Assembly (NCBI GenBank): GCA_030390025.1
Contig: CM059432.1
Span: 32,056,001-32,120,000 of the forward strand
Reading direction: 5' to 3'
Origin: Squalus acanthias
Taxonomy: Eukaryota
DNA length: 64,000 nucleotides
The position numbers were made by a program, and so were the translations under genes. Positions within the stretch are counted from its first letter, which is position 1, and each line of letters opens with the position of its first letter. Shown in pieces: positions 1 through 10,752 of the stretch. The notes under the pieces are model-generated. The model was not told the origin of the DNA. It saw only the letters and a program-made list of their open reading frames with translations, and did no database searches.

Positions 1-131
1 TTATGCAACACACGCGGGGTAACTTTAACTTCGAGCGATGGTGTAATACGGGTGATATCGAATTAACCGCCCATTATACACCACGCTCAATTTTACCTTC
101 CAAGGAAAGGAAAATTGGGGTTGCTGTATAA

Positions 132-1096
132 CAACAACAACAACTTGCATTTATATAGCGCCTTTAACGTAGTAAAACGTTGCAAGGCGCTTCACAGGAG
201 CGTTATCAAACAAATTTGACACCGAGCCACATAAGGAGAAATTAGGGCAGATGACCAAAAACTTGGTCAAACAGGTAGGTTCTAAGGAGCATCTTAAAGG
301 AGGAGAGAGAGGTAGAGAGGCGGAGAAGTTCAGGGAGAGAATTCCAGAGCTTAGGGCCTAGGCAGCTGAAAGTACGGCCACCAATGGTGGAGTGATTGAA
401 ATCGGGGATGCTTAAGAGGCCAGAATTGGAGGAGCGCAGATATCTTGGGGGGTTGTGGGGCTGGAGGAGATTACAGAGATAGGGAGGGGCGAGGCCATGG
501 AGGGCTTTGAAAACAAGTGGTCAGAGATGGCCTTATCTGTGATTGACACGATGGGAGTAGAGAGGTCATGAGGACTGAGATGAGAGAAGTTTCTTCACTC
601 AGAGGGTGGTGAACCTGTGGAATTCTCTACTACAGAAGGCTGTAGAGGCCAAGTCACTGAATATATTTAAGAAGGAGATAGATAGATTTCTAGACACAAA
701 AGGCATCAAGGGGTATGGGGAGAGTGCAGGAATATGGTATTGAGATAGAGGATCAGCCATGATCATATTGAATGGCGGAGCAGGCTCGAAGGGCTGAATG
801 GCCTACTCCTGCTCCTATTTTTCTATGTTTCTATGAGATGGCAAGATCAAGGGGGTGGCCGTGAATATGGGTTGGGGAGTTTACATGGAGGGAGAGATTA
901 AGGGAGGATAGGAGGCTAGTGAATTCAGAGGAGAGAGGACAGATGAATTGAGATGGAGGCTGAAATCACAGAGGATGAGAAGTCGCTCGGTGCAGATGCT
1001 GAGGGAGGGAAGCAGTGAAGATATCTCAGTGATAACATTTTTATGGTACTTGGGTGGGCAGTAGAGGACGAGAATTTTAAATGAGAGATGAGAGGG
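132..1096 (-). mobile_element. L2-clade LINE 3' fragment (rearranged) with (GTT)n tail
   Basis: The reverse complement encodes the L2 ORF2 end (..GPKLWNSLP..) and ends gcgctatataaatgcaagttgttgttg. Flanked by TGTATAA at 125-131 and 1097-1103. Confidence 0.75.
583..833 (+). mobile_element. CR1 LINE 3' fragment nested in the L2
   Basis: FTQRVVNLWNSL end, 3'UTR and (TTTCTATG)n tail; TGAGATG direct repeat at 576-582 and 834-840. Confidence 0.85.
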
Positions 1097-1616
1097 TGTA
1101 TAATGGGTGGCTAATTCAATATCACCCGGTTTACACCATTGCCCAAAGATAAAATTACCCCCCGTGGAGTTTAACTCCAGCGCAGTGTCAAACGTGATGT
1201 CGAACCTAGGACCAGCAGCATCTGGAAACAGAAAAGATGGTCAACACTGTGAGCGCCTCAAACATTAACCTGTCTTTTCTCTTTTCAGATGCTGATGAAC
1301 TTGCTGTGCACTTCTATTTTCATTTAAAATTGCCAAGTTTTTTTTCTTCTGAAAGATCAGAGAGGTCGACACTTATAGTGTGGATCCTCCATTAGCAGTG
1401 ACTCTTCTACCTGCCTGTGCCAGTCTGAGGCGGGGCCTACACTCGACATGTTAACCCGTCTCTTCAGCGGCTGACCAGGCTTGCTGTATATCTCCAGCAC
1501 CTTTTTGGTTTTTATTTCAGATTTCCAGCTTCATGGTTTTTTTCTTCCCATCTCTATGTTACTTATACAGAGTGTCGCAGGTTGTACTTTAATGGAACCC
1601 AGTGTGACTCTAAGAT

Positions 1617-4041
1617 CTAACATCTCTTTGCTGAATTGGGATTGCCAAAGGAAACGAACACCACTCCACTTTCCTTAGCGTTTTGGCGCGAGTCTTCTGC
1701 TAGCCTCGCAGGGCTCTGCAGGTGCCTACTAAGAAGGGGAGAAGTAGCAACTTCATATCTGGGTGGCGCTTGAACTACCTCGTATGTCGATGAGGTTGTT
1801 GACTCAGATTGCTTTGTGACTGTGGTTGAGGTTTTTGATGTGATAATTTTGTTCCCAAATCGATCGATCTCTTCATATTTTTCCATGACAGTCTTCGTAC
1901 CAACTATCTCACCTCCATCAGGCCCTGTCTTGAACTCTACAACACTTTTGCTTCTCTGAGGGACTGGGCTCTGAGTTCTATCAATGACATTGCCTTTAAA
2001 TCCACTTAAAGGGCTACAGCCAGCAGATGAGTTGGGTACATTGTCACTGGCATTGGCAATGTTGCTTCCCTTTCTGTTCTTTGTTTGAATGAATTCATCG
2101 TTGGTGTCTCTTGGCACAGAGTCCTTCCTGCGCACAGACTGCTGCATCGCTGTCTCAGCTCTGACACTCTGTGTGCTGACACCCTGGTGTCCATTGCAAA
2201 GAACTGGATCGTCAAGATCATCGTAGGTTGCCACCTTTGGAGATCGGGGAGGGACATCCTGATTTTGAGGAGCAGGAGAAATGGATGCCCCCTCTGTTAG
2301 TGGAGCAGTCTGATCATTTTTGAAAGGATCTGTAGGCTTTCTAGCTGCGGATTCGATCGAAATGTAGGAAGGAGACGATGGAGAGTACACACGGGCGGGA
2401 ACAGCTGGGGTATCTAACAATGGTCTAGCTTGTTTCTCTGACTTTTCTAACCTTTCTTTTCTAACATGACCCTCTTTAACTTTCTTGGCTTTTTCTGTGC
2501 TTGATTTGCTGGAGACTAGACTGATTTTCTTGATATTGGCAGATGGGGGGCTTGAAGCAACTCCCAGTGACTCTCCAAAAAGGCCAGAGAGTCCCGCAAT
2601 ATCAGACTCTGATTTCAGATTGGAGACAGAATACAGAGCCTTTTTAATGGACTCTTCAATGTGTAACAGCTTCGCCAATGTCTGTTCCTTCAGATAGATT
2701 ATCTCGGCACTCGCCCTTTCAAGATCTTCAAACACTAGTTCCACTGAAGACAAACCTTCTAATTCATCTTTGACTACTCTAGGCTGATTCTGCAACTCAT
2801 CCTTTCGGCAATCAGTTGGTTTAAGTTGCTTAACCATGTTATTCTTAGGCACCACCCATTCAGGCACATTCTCAAATAAACTCTTCAGGCCTTTCACATC
2901 TACTTTGAAAGTCTCCTCTTCAAACTCTTTAACTTGGGTCAAGATCTTCTGCAGCTCTTCTCGCTTCCTCAGGTTTTCAAATATCTCCATCGCTGCCTTC
3001 ACATTTCCTCGCATTATCTCTTCTTTGTGAACTGATAACCTTTTCCTGCGATCGTCTTCTGTCTCTTTCCCTTGCTGCCGGTTTCCTCGCATTACGACCG
3101 TATCTGGTTGTGGGGTGCGTTGCTGCTCTGTGTGCAACAGTACTTGTTGGCGATTTGCAGCTGATACTTGGTTACTGAACCCATGCTGATCGATGCATCT
3201 GTGGCACTGGGCACTTTGGCACTGTGGTTGTTCAAACGACACTTCGACTGACTGTTGCGGGTGCAACTCTGCACTTGCTGGAGGCTGTTGGCAACTCTTC
3301 TGTGCTGTAATGGTAGCTGAGGGTTTTGACGGCACAATTTTAACTTTCTTTGGTAAAGCAGGCGTATCCTCTGTCATTGTCACATCCTCTTTCAGACTGC
3401 TGGCCTGGCTCACTTGAGCAGAATTTGATTTGTTCTGGGTACCAAAAGTGTGAAGAGCAGCTTTGAATCCCTGAAACATTTCAGTTCTTGCTGTGCTTTC
3501 CTCCGAATATGACTGCATGAATCCCTGGACCTCTTCTGCCACAGTCAACTTCTTTGGTACCATTTCTTGTTCCCTGTTCATTGGGTCATCGGCCTCAACA
3601 AGGCTTTCAGAGCAGTTTCTTCCTCTCTGTTGGCTCGTCCCTTGTGATACCATGTTTGCTGCTGGGCTGGTTACCATTACAGTTGACTTGTTGCATCCTT
3701 CCTTCCTCTGCTTGTATTTCTCCTCTGCCAACTGCAAGGGAGTTCTCATTACCTTGGTGTAGGGTGCTGTTGTGCTAGATTTTTCTTCCGATAGAGACTG
3801 CTCACAGTGCCTTTCCAGCTGAATGTCCTGACATTCTGACAGATGGGTAGTTTCTGTAGGAAGAGATGCCCTGGTAGGTTTTACTGGAGCAATAAACTTT
3901 GGTGAGTTGCACGCAATCGGAGACAATGGGTTTGATTTTGGCATAGCTGATGCGTAGTTTTTCGGTGGAGTAGGCAGACTTGGAACAGAATGAATTGCTT
4001 GTAAATGTTCAGGCTTGGGAGGCGGAATGGGTTTGCCCCCC
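1617..4041 (-). CDS. XIRP1: XIRP1 giant exon, C-terminal reading frame (+1 relative to upstream frame)
   Basis: ORF track 1617..4238. Contains Xin-family C-terminal motifs RTPLQLAEEKYKQRKE, ENLRKREELQKILTQVKEFE, SPSSPSYISIESAARK and APPRYEV. Stop TAG at 1617-1619. The exact frame junction is inferred. Confidence 0.88.
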
Positions 4042-7000
4042 TGCATTGGCAAGTGCCTGGTGGGTACAGGCATGTGGCTTTGGTGCAATAGATGGCTTAG
4101 ATGGAACATTTTTTTCCTGGATCTTGGGCGGAAGAGGTGGAGGAAACTGGGAAGTAGCCGGATTTTTCGTTGCAGAAGACTCAGACTGGTTGCGGGGAAA
4201 GGGGGTGCCCTCCACAGGCGGTTGGCCACAAGCTTCACTCGACGGTGCAGTGGACTCTGTCACTGGAACTGGAGGAGGAAACTCAATGTCAGATTGTGAT
4301 ATCGAAATCTGATTACAAACAGTTCTAACACCACTCTTCTTTTGGTCCCATGAATGTGACTGGCCTGCGGTTCTATATATCATGGCGGCTTTAAAATCAC
4401 CTTTGGAAACATTCATATTAGCTTTTCCCAGAGAATGGAGAGCTGCCTGCAAGTTACCTCGGACCACGTCCTCTCTCTCGACAGACTTCTGCTCTGCCAC
4501 TGAATTCTTTAAAGACTCTATAGTTGATTTTACGTCTCCCTTGACAATTATCTCCTGATCTGCCACTGCCCGATCTTCCTCCTCTAAGTTACTGGACGAG
4601 TACTGACCATGAGTCTGCCCTTGTTCTGAAGCAGCTCCTATTTCATCTCTGCCATTCTTAACTACTTTGGTTAAACGTTCACATTTCTGACTTTCATTAG
4701 AGCAAGCTGCAAATGACTGAATAAGTCCTTGTGTTCCCTCAGAGGCACTGACCTTTCGATTATTCTGTTGGTTCGTTAGCTGGTGGGACTGAGTGACAGT
4801 CACTTGGGCGCTCGTTCGATGCCTTGACATGGTACTGCCTTGCTGCTGTGTGGAGATTTGTGTGATTTTCTTCACCTCCTTTTCCGCTACATTCTTGCAC
4901 TGAATGCTTTGATTCGATTGCTGAGACGCTGCTGAGCTTTGTGCGCTACTCTTGAAATGTTCTCGCGTGCTAGATTTGTGCTGGATGCTCTGTGCTTCAG
5001 CTGTAACTTCTCTAAGGTTCTCCATTGCTGCTCGAAGGTCCCGACCTGTGGCACTTGCTGCCCCAGCCTCTGACACTGCAAGGGAGGCTTCACCTAGTGA
5101 GTGAACAGAAGGTTCTGAACGCCCTCCAACTCTCACTCCCTTCTTATCACAAGTTGATTCCTGTTCTGCAACTAGATTGTCTTTCACATTGCCATGGACA
5201 ACTTCTTCCTTGTCCAGCTGTTTTGTTTGATACTTTGCATTCTTCAATGATTGCGGTGTTGCTTTAACATCACCAGTCACAATCTCTTCTTTCTCTACCA
5301 CAATGGACTGATTCGCAGTCTGCCCCAGGGACTGATGAGCAGAATTGATATCACCGCCTAATATGTTTTCTTTCTGAACAATATCTTGGGCAGTCTGCGC
5401 TTCTGTCAAGAAGTATTTCTTGGTTCCTTTGACATCACCTGGTACAATGTCATCGACCGTTCTTTCAACTTGTCCTCTACTCCCTTTCAAATTCCTTATC
5501 GCACCTTCTACATCACCACGTACAATCTCTTCTTTCTGAGAGGAAATAGAAGGATCATCAGATTCCTCCTGGCTGTCCTTGAGATAGTCCAATGTCCCTG
5601 ATTCAATGCATGTTGTGTACAGTTGTACATTTCCTCTCTCGTTCTCCTCACGTTTTACTGTCATTGATGTTGTTTGCTGCTGGGTAGAGGCAAGAAGACT
5701 ATCAATGGTAGACTTTACATCTCCTTTGATCACCTCTTTTTCAACCCCTTCATTTTGGAGATGATTAATTAGAGAATAAACAGTTATCTGAGCAATTTCT
5801 CTTTCAGTCTCCTGAATCAAAATCCCTCTTTTGACTTGACTGTCTTGCTTAAGAAGGCTGTAAATTGCTTGAGCGCTGTCTCCCTTAGCAAATTCTTTCC
5901 TAACACCAGCTTCAGACTGGGAGAAAAGCTGAACTGTGGTTGAAGAGATTCTCCCACTTTCATCTTCTTTCAACACGATCCCTTCAGAATGGAGGGATTC
6001 CTTCTTTTGAAGCAACTGCATCAGAATTCTCTGCAAGTTGCCACCAATGATCTCTTCTTTTAGAATGTGTGGACCATCCTGACTTATCAGTTGATATTTG
6101 GCCATTTTTAGAATGCCTGTCTCACTTGATTCAATGATAAGTCCCCTTGATGTAATGGCATTGCAGTTGTAGAGTGTCTGTAAGCTTGTATGGACACTTT
6201 GTTCTGTCATCTCGGCACTTTCTGTGCTACATTGATCATGAATGAACGTGTCCAGGGGTGTTGTTTCAAATAGCCACGTTGTACTCTTCACGTCAGCGTC
6301 TGTCACTTCTTCCGTGGTTTCTTTGCTCATTAAAGTTTCTGAATCTTTTAAGCTGTCCAACGGTTGGGACTCAAACAACCAAGTGCATCTTTTCACATCT
6401 CCCCTCTGTACATCTTCTCGGTGGACAGTGGTTGCACCTGTGTTTTCTTCAACTCCACCTTTCAAGGAATCAATGGGAAGATTTTCAAACAGCCAAGTTG
6501 ATGTCCTGACGTCTCCGCTCTGAACATCGCTGACACTGACCATCCTTACATACTTCTGGTTTACCTGTTTCTCTTCAAAGAGTTGCTTGCTCGCTTGTAC
6601 GTCACCTCCTCGGACCTCGTCCACCACTTTTATTCCTGGCTGTGCTTCATCTCTGATTGAATCCAAAGGCTGGGTCTCAAATTTCCATCGAGCCGCTGTC
6701 ACATCTCCCTGGTGCACATCCTCCTGTGTGACAGCTCTGATCACAAACACCTCATCCAGTGGCTTGATTGTATCCAATGGTTTGGTTTCAAAAAGCCACC
6801 TAGAACCCCTTACGTCTCCCCTCACGATTTCCTCCTTCTTTGCTGTAGTAACTTCATGATATTGTCCTTCCTTATCTCGGATTGCATAGAGGGGTTGCGT
6901 TTCGAAGAGCATGGTGCATGACTTTACATCACCCTTGGCAACTGACTCTTCCTTTCTTGCACTGAGATTCATTATATCGGTTTCCTCTTTTATCTGGTCC

Positions 7001-9498
7001 AATGAGCAGGTCTCGAAAACAAACTTTTTGCCACCAACATCGCCTCCCTTTACATCAGTAATTGTGCACTTGGGTGTGGCCTCCTCTGGCATTTCTTTAA
7101 TGGAGTCAATTGGGCAGTTTTCAAACAGCCAAGTGAACTTGTGCACACATCCTGACCCTGACTGTGTGGCCTCCTCTTGCGTGGATTTGGAGCTCTTTCT
7201 ACTTTCCACCACATCACCAATTGCATTGAGTGAGGTGCTTTGATAGATTTCTTTCACTCTTGATACATTCCCTGACTGGATGTCCACCTCGCTTGTGTAT
7301 CTCATATTCTGTGCCTCATCCAACCCCCCAGCAATGTTGCCAAGTTGTTCTGTTTCAAAAAGATGCTTCGTGGTCTTCACATCTACCCCTTTAACATCAT
7401 CCAGTTGTGCATTGAAGACCTTCAGGTGCTGTTCTTCATTCTCATTAATGCTGTCCAATGCTTGTGTTTCAAAAAGCCACGTGTATGATTTGACATCACC
7501 TTTTGGCTGGGCTTCGCCCTTCTGCTTGACCTCTAATTTTTCACACAAAGCATCCATTGGCTGTGTTTCAAACAGCCATCTACATGTCTTCACGTCACCC
7601 TTTAACAAATCTTTCTTTTCCGTGCTCTGAACTTCTGTTTTGTTTACGTTGGTGTGTATGACATCAAGAGGCTGCGTCGCAAATAGCCATCTCGTTGTCT
7701 CCATATTGCTGGCTCGTATCTCCTCTTTGGTGATGCCTTTAACCAGTTCCACGTTTTGTATGCCTTCATCAAACTGATCCAGGCGGCGGGTTTCGAACAT
7801 CCACCTGTAGTGTTTGACATCACCACTAACGATTTGCTCACGGCTTACTGTCTTGACTTGATGGCAGTGACCTGCACCGTCCATGATGGCATAAAGAGGG
7901 TTGGTTTCAAAGAGAACTCTGTTCTCATTTACATTTCCAGCCAAGACTTCAACCTGTTTCTCAGTAGAGATTTCATCTGAATTTTTAATGCTATCAAGAG
8001 GAAGAGTTTCAAAGAGATATTTATAAGTTTTGACATCTCCCTTCTGTATCTCCAGTGTCCCAGTGCTATTGGAGGTCTCACTTTGCTCCTTGCTAATACT
8101 GTCCAGAGAGCAGCTTTCGAACACATGAGCTCTTTGCTTCACATCTCCCTTCTCTTCTTCTGTCACAACTCTCTTCAAGTGGCCAACTTCAAAGCTGTCC
8201 TTCAAGATTTCCATCGGCTGTGTCTCAAACAACCAAAGACTGGATTGCACATTGCCTCCAATTATTTGTTCTTTAGCAACCTCTTCAGATGGACTTTCTT
8301 TTCGCGAGTCAAGAGGCTGAGTTTCAAAGAGCCAGCATTGCTTATTCACATCTCCTCCTTCTATTACCCTAACGCTGCCTTTGCAATTTGTCTCTTCAGT
8401 CTGCTCATTGATGGCGTCCAATGCCTGCGTTTCAAAGAGCCATCTTTTCTTGCCAACACCACCTTGTTGGGTCTCTTCCAAGGAGATGCCTCGAATGATT
8501 TTTACTCTTGAGTAATCGCTGTTAATGCTGCCCAGGGGTTGAGTTTCAAACAGCCAGCGAGCACTTTGAACATTACCACTCCGTTGGATTTCCTCCCTGC
8601 AGATAGATTTGATCTGGTGGATGTTCCCAACAGTATCTCGAATGGCACACAATGGTTCTGTCTCAAATAACTTCACTGTCCTGTTTACATCCCCCTTCAG
8701 TTCCTGTATTTCTGAGCGCAGTTGCAATATGCTGCTTTCTTCCACTGAATTTCTACGTCCCAAAGCACCTAACGGATGAGTCTCAAATAGCAGTTTTGCA
8801 CCTCTTACATCCCCTTTTTGTATGGGCTCCTTCAGGACTGCTTCTTGGAGATCATTCTCCTTGGAGTAGATTTCATTCAGGGAATCCATAGGCTGAGTTT
8901 CAAACAGCCACAGTGCTGTGCGGACATCACCCTTGGTTTGCTCTTTTCCAACACTGGAGTTTCCGGAAAATTCTGAATACTGGGCACTGATGTCATTAAT
9001 TGTTTGGTTTTCAAACTTCCATGATGTGCTCCTCACATCTCCACTGAGGATGGCCTCTTCCTCCTTCAGCTTCTTAGCTGCTTGGTGTTCTCCAATGGTG
9101 TCCAGTGGCCAGTTATCAAATATCCAGCGCATAGATTGGACCTCACTCTGAAGCACCTTATCGCTGTTGCCATGGGCACCAGTTGCTAAGGCAGCAGCTG
9201 TATGTTCGGCATCCAACACCTCGGCCCAGTCCTCACTGACCACCTCCTGTAGGTTTTTCCTCAGCTCTGGGTGCATGTGCTTATAAAGCCTCTTTAATTC
9301 ATTAATTTGGCGTTGCTGGTGAAACTTGACAAAGGTTTGGTGTGGAGGGGGTGGTATATTTTGAGGCTGGTCTTCCACTGTTATGCTTGGCTTGGTAGTA
9401 GCCTCGAGTAGGGCAGGAGGAGGAGGTGGCGGTAGAAAATCATTCTCCAAAGTCTGAGTCACACCTGATAGTTGGATCCTATCCAAGTTCTGAGCCAT
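4009..9498 (-). CDS. XIRP1: XIRP1 giant exon, N-terminal reading frame (Pro-rich region plus ~27 Xin actin-binding repeats); ends early at TGA 4009-4011 because of a frameshift
   Basis: ORF track 4009..9522. Acceptor (minus) ...CTTGTTTTACTAAAG|ATGGCT puts the exon start at ATG 9498 in strong Kozak context. PPPP..FVKFHQQRQINELKRLYKHMHPELRKNL..VQSMRWIFDNWPLD matches the XIRP1 start as I recall it, better than XIRP2. About 27 G(D/N)V..xWLFETQPLD repeats counted by eye. Confidence 0.93.
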   Translation of the reverse strand: MAQNLDRIQLSGVTQTLENDFLPPPPPPALLEATTKPSITVEDQPQNIPPPPHQTFVKFHQQRQINELKRLYKHMHPELRKNLQEVVSEDWAEVLDAEHTAAALATGAHGNSDKVLQSEVQSMRWIFDNWPLDTIGEHQAAKKLKEEEAILSGDVRSTSWKFENQTINDISAQYSEFSGNSSVGKEQTKGDVRTALWLFETQPMDSLNEIYSKENDLQEAVLKEPIQKGDVRGAKLLFETHPLGALGRRNSVEESSILQLRSEIQELKGDVNRTVKLFETEPLCAIRDTVGNIHQIKSICREEIQRSGNVQSARWLFETQPLGSINSDYSRVKIIRGISLEETQQGGVGKKRWLFETQALDAINEQTEETNCKGSVRVIEGGDVNKQCWLFETQPLDSRKESPSEEVAKEQIIGGNVQSSLWLFETQPMEILKDSFEVGHLKRVVTEEEKGDVKQRAHVFESCSLDSISKEQSETSNSTGTLEIQKGDVKTYKYLFETLPLDSIKNSDEISTEKQVEVLAGNVNENRVLFETNPLYAIMDGAGHCHQVKTVSREQIVSGDVKHYRWMFETRRLDQFDEGIQNVELVKGITKEEIRASNMETTRWLFATQPLDVIHTNVNKTEVQSTEKKDLLKGDVKTCRWLFETQPMDALCEKLEVKQKGEAQPKGDVKSYTWLFETQALDSINENEEQHLKVFNAQLDDVKGVDVKTTKHLFETEQLGNIAGGLDEAQNMRYTSEVDIQSGNVSRVKEIYQSTSLNAIGDVVESRKSSKSTQEEATQSGSGCVHKFTWLFENCPIDSIKEMPEEATPKCTITDVKGGDVGGKKFVFETCSLDQIKEETDIMNLSARKEESVAKGDVKSCTMLFETQPLYAIRDKEGQYHEVTTAKKEEIVRGDVRGSRWLFETKPLDTIKPLDEVFVIRAVTQEDVHQGDVTAARWKFETQPLDSIRDEAQPGIKVVDEVRGGDVQASKQLFEEKQVNQKYVRMVSVSDVQSGDVRTSTWLFENLPIDSLKGGVEENTGATTVHREDVQRGDVKRCTWLFESQPLDSLKDSETLMSKETTEEVTDADVKSTTWLFETTPLDTFIHDQCSTESAEMTEQSVHTSLQTLYNCNAITSRGLIIESSETGILKMAKYQLISQDGPHILKEEIIGGNLQRILMQLLQKKESLHSEGIVLKEDESGRISSTTVQLFSQSEAGVRKEFAKGDSAQAIYSLLKQDSQVKRGILIQETEREIAQITVYSLINHLQNEGVEKEVIKGDVKSTIDSLLASTQQQTTSMTVKREENERGNVQLYTTCIESGTLDYLKDSQEESDDPSISSQKEEIVRGDVEGAIRNLKGSRGQVERTVDDIVPGDVKGTKKYFLTEAQTAQDIVQKENILGGDINSAHQSLGQTANQSIVVEKEEIVTGDVKATPQSLKNAKYQTKQLDKEEVVHGNVKDNLVAEQESTCDKKGVRVGGRSEPSVHSLGEASLAVSEAGAASATGRDLRAAMENLREVTAEAQSIQHKSSTREHFKSSAQSSAASQQSNQSIQCKNVAEKEVKKITQISTQQQGSTMSRHRTSAQVTVTQSHQLTNQQNNRKVSASEGTQGLIQSFAACSNESQKCERLTKVVKNGRDEIGAASEQGQTHGQYSSSNLEEEDRAVADQEIIVKGDVKSTIESLKNSVAEQKSVEREDVVRGNLQAALHSLGKANMNVSKGDFKAAMIYRTAGQSHSWDQKKSGVRTVCNQISISQSDIEFPPPVPVTESTAPSSEACGQPPVEGTPFPRNQSESSATKNPATSQFPPPLPPKIQEKNVPSKPSIAPKPHACTHQALANAGGQTHSASQA

Positions 9499-10752
9499 CT
9501 TTAGTAAAACAAGGTTACACATGAGGATTTATTGGAAACTAGCCTTGTCCTGCATCATGCAATGCGGTTTAGTAATAATCAAAATGCAAGTCAAACGGTT
9601 AATTATGAATAATTTTAAAATAAAATGGATTTGCAGAAGAAAAGTATTGCTGTACCTTTCTCCAGTGCTGGTGGCACAGACCATGCAGGGGTGGGTTGCC
9701 GAGAGGTAAGTATCAATGCACAGCAAACAGTCCTCAGCCTTGTTGAAACTCATGAGGACCTCTTCACATCACAGAAAGCAGCACAGTTAAATTATTCCAG
9801 CTATATGTTTTCCTCTAAAAACGCCAGGGTACACACCAGTGCTGAAATTGGCAAGTTTTTCTAAAGAAGGTTGTTTGAAATTATCCAAACCTTGTACAGA
9901 CTATGGGTGAGGTTACATTTGGAATGCATTTTGTGGACCTAATCTTCAACAGGATGTAGATTCTTTGGGTAAGTTAAGAGAAAAGTGACAAGGACAATTC
10001 CAGAACTAAAGTATGAGGAGAGACTCTGGAATTGAACACAAGAGAGAGCATCCTCCAAGTCTTTAAGGTGGTATTTATACTTCACACTTTGGGAACTCAG
10101 AATTGGCATGATATGGCCTCCTGGAGGGAGGGTGTCATGCCTTAGAGCTTTAATATGCTCTGTAGTCCTTTGGGTTCTCTGTCACTTTTGCATTGTTGTG
10201 TACCCTAAACGACTTACGCTGATGCAAAAATGGCAGGATTAATGCGGCCTAAAATATCACGAGGGGTAGATAATGCAGATGTAAGCAGACTAATTGGGGA
10301 CTGTGTAAGCTGCACAATGTTCTAAGTAAACTGTGAGTGCAGAACTGCAGAAAGAAAAATTACACATTCAACAAGATTTGAGCAAGATGTGGTTGGAGGT
10401 TAAAGGGCTAATTAGAGACAGAGATCAGATGGAACAATATGGGATCTGGCAAGTGGCATTGGTGGAAGTCAACTAGCCAGGGCTGAATAATGGAGAGGTA
10501 AGTGTCGATAGGTATTATGGAGTTTACTTAACTGATTTTGGGGGATCAGGGAGTATTAATGCGGAACTTTCCCTCAGGAGATTAAATGGGTGAGGTAGAA
10601 TCCATAATAGGGTACATTGTACATGGTCTGTGGAAGGAGCTTAACTGAGTGGGTAGAGTCTATGACAGGGTAAATTGCCCCCTATATTGCAGACTTATCC
10701 AGTCTGGAGCTAACCAGTTGCCTAATTGATGCATTGTCAGATACTAAATATT

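Larger units (their letters stand above)
16..1163. mobile_element. Palindromic MITE-like element interrupted by an L2 insertion
   Basis: 16-82 (ggggtaactttaac..cccattatacacc) is the inverted copy of ~1094-1163. Confidence 0.65.

Noticed and set aside
4042..4238. ORF 1617..4238 as an independent 873-aa gene
   Set aside because: It starts at a non-ATG codon inside the XIRP1 exon and encodes the Xin C-terminus; its first ~65 residues look like off-frame translation.
5025..9151. Many antisense ORFs over the Xin repeats
   Set aside because: Expected shadows of a long repetitive coding exon.
9499..9522. ORF-track start MCNLVLLK as the XIRP1 N-terminus
   Set aside because: These 24 nt are the polypyrimidine tract and AG acceptor; the exon begins at ATG 9498.
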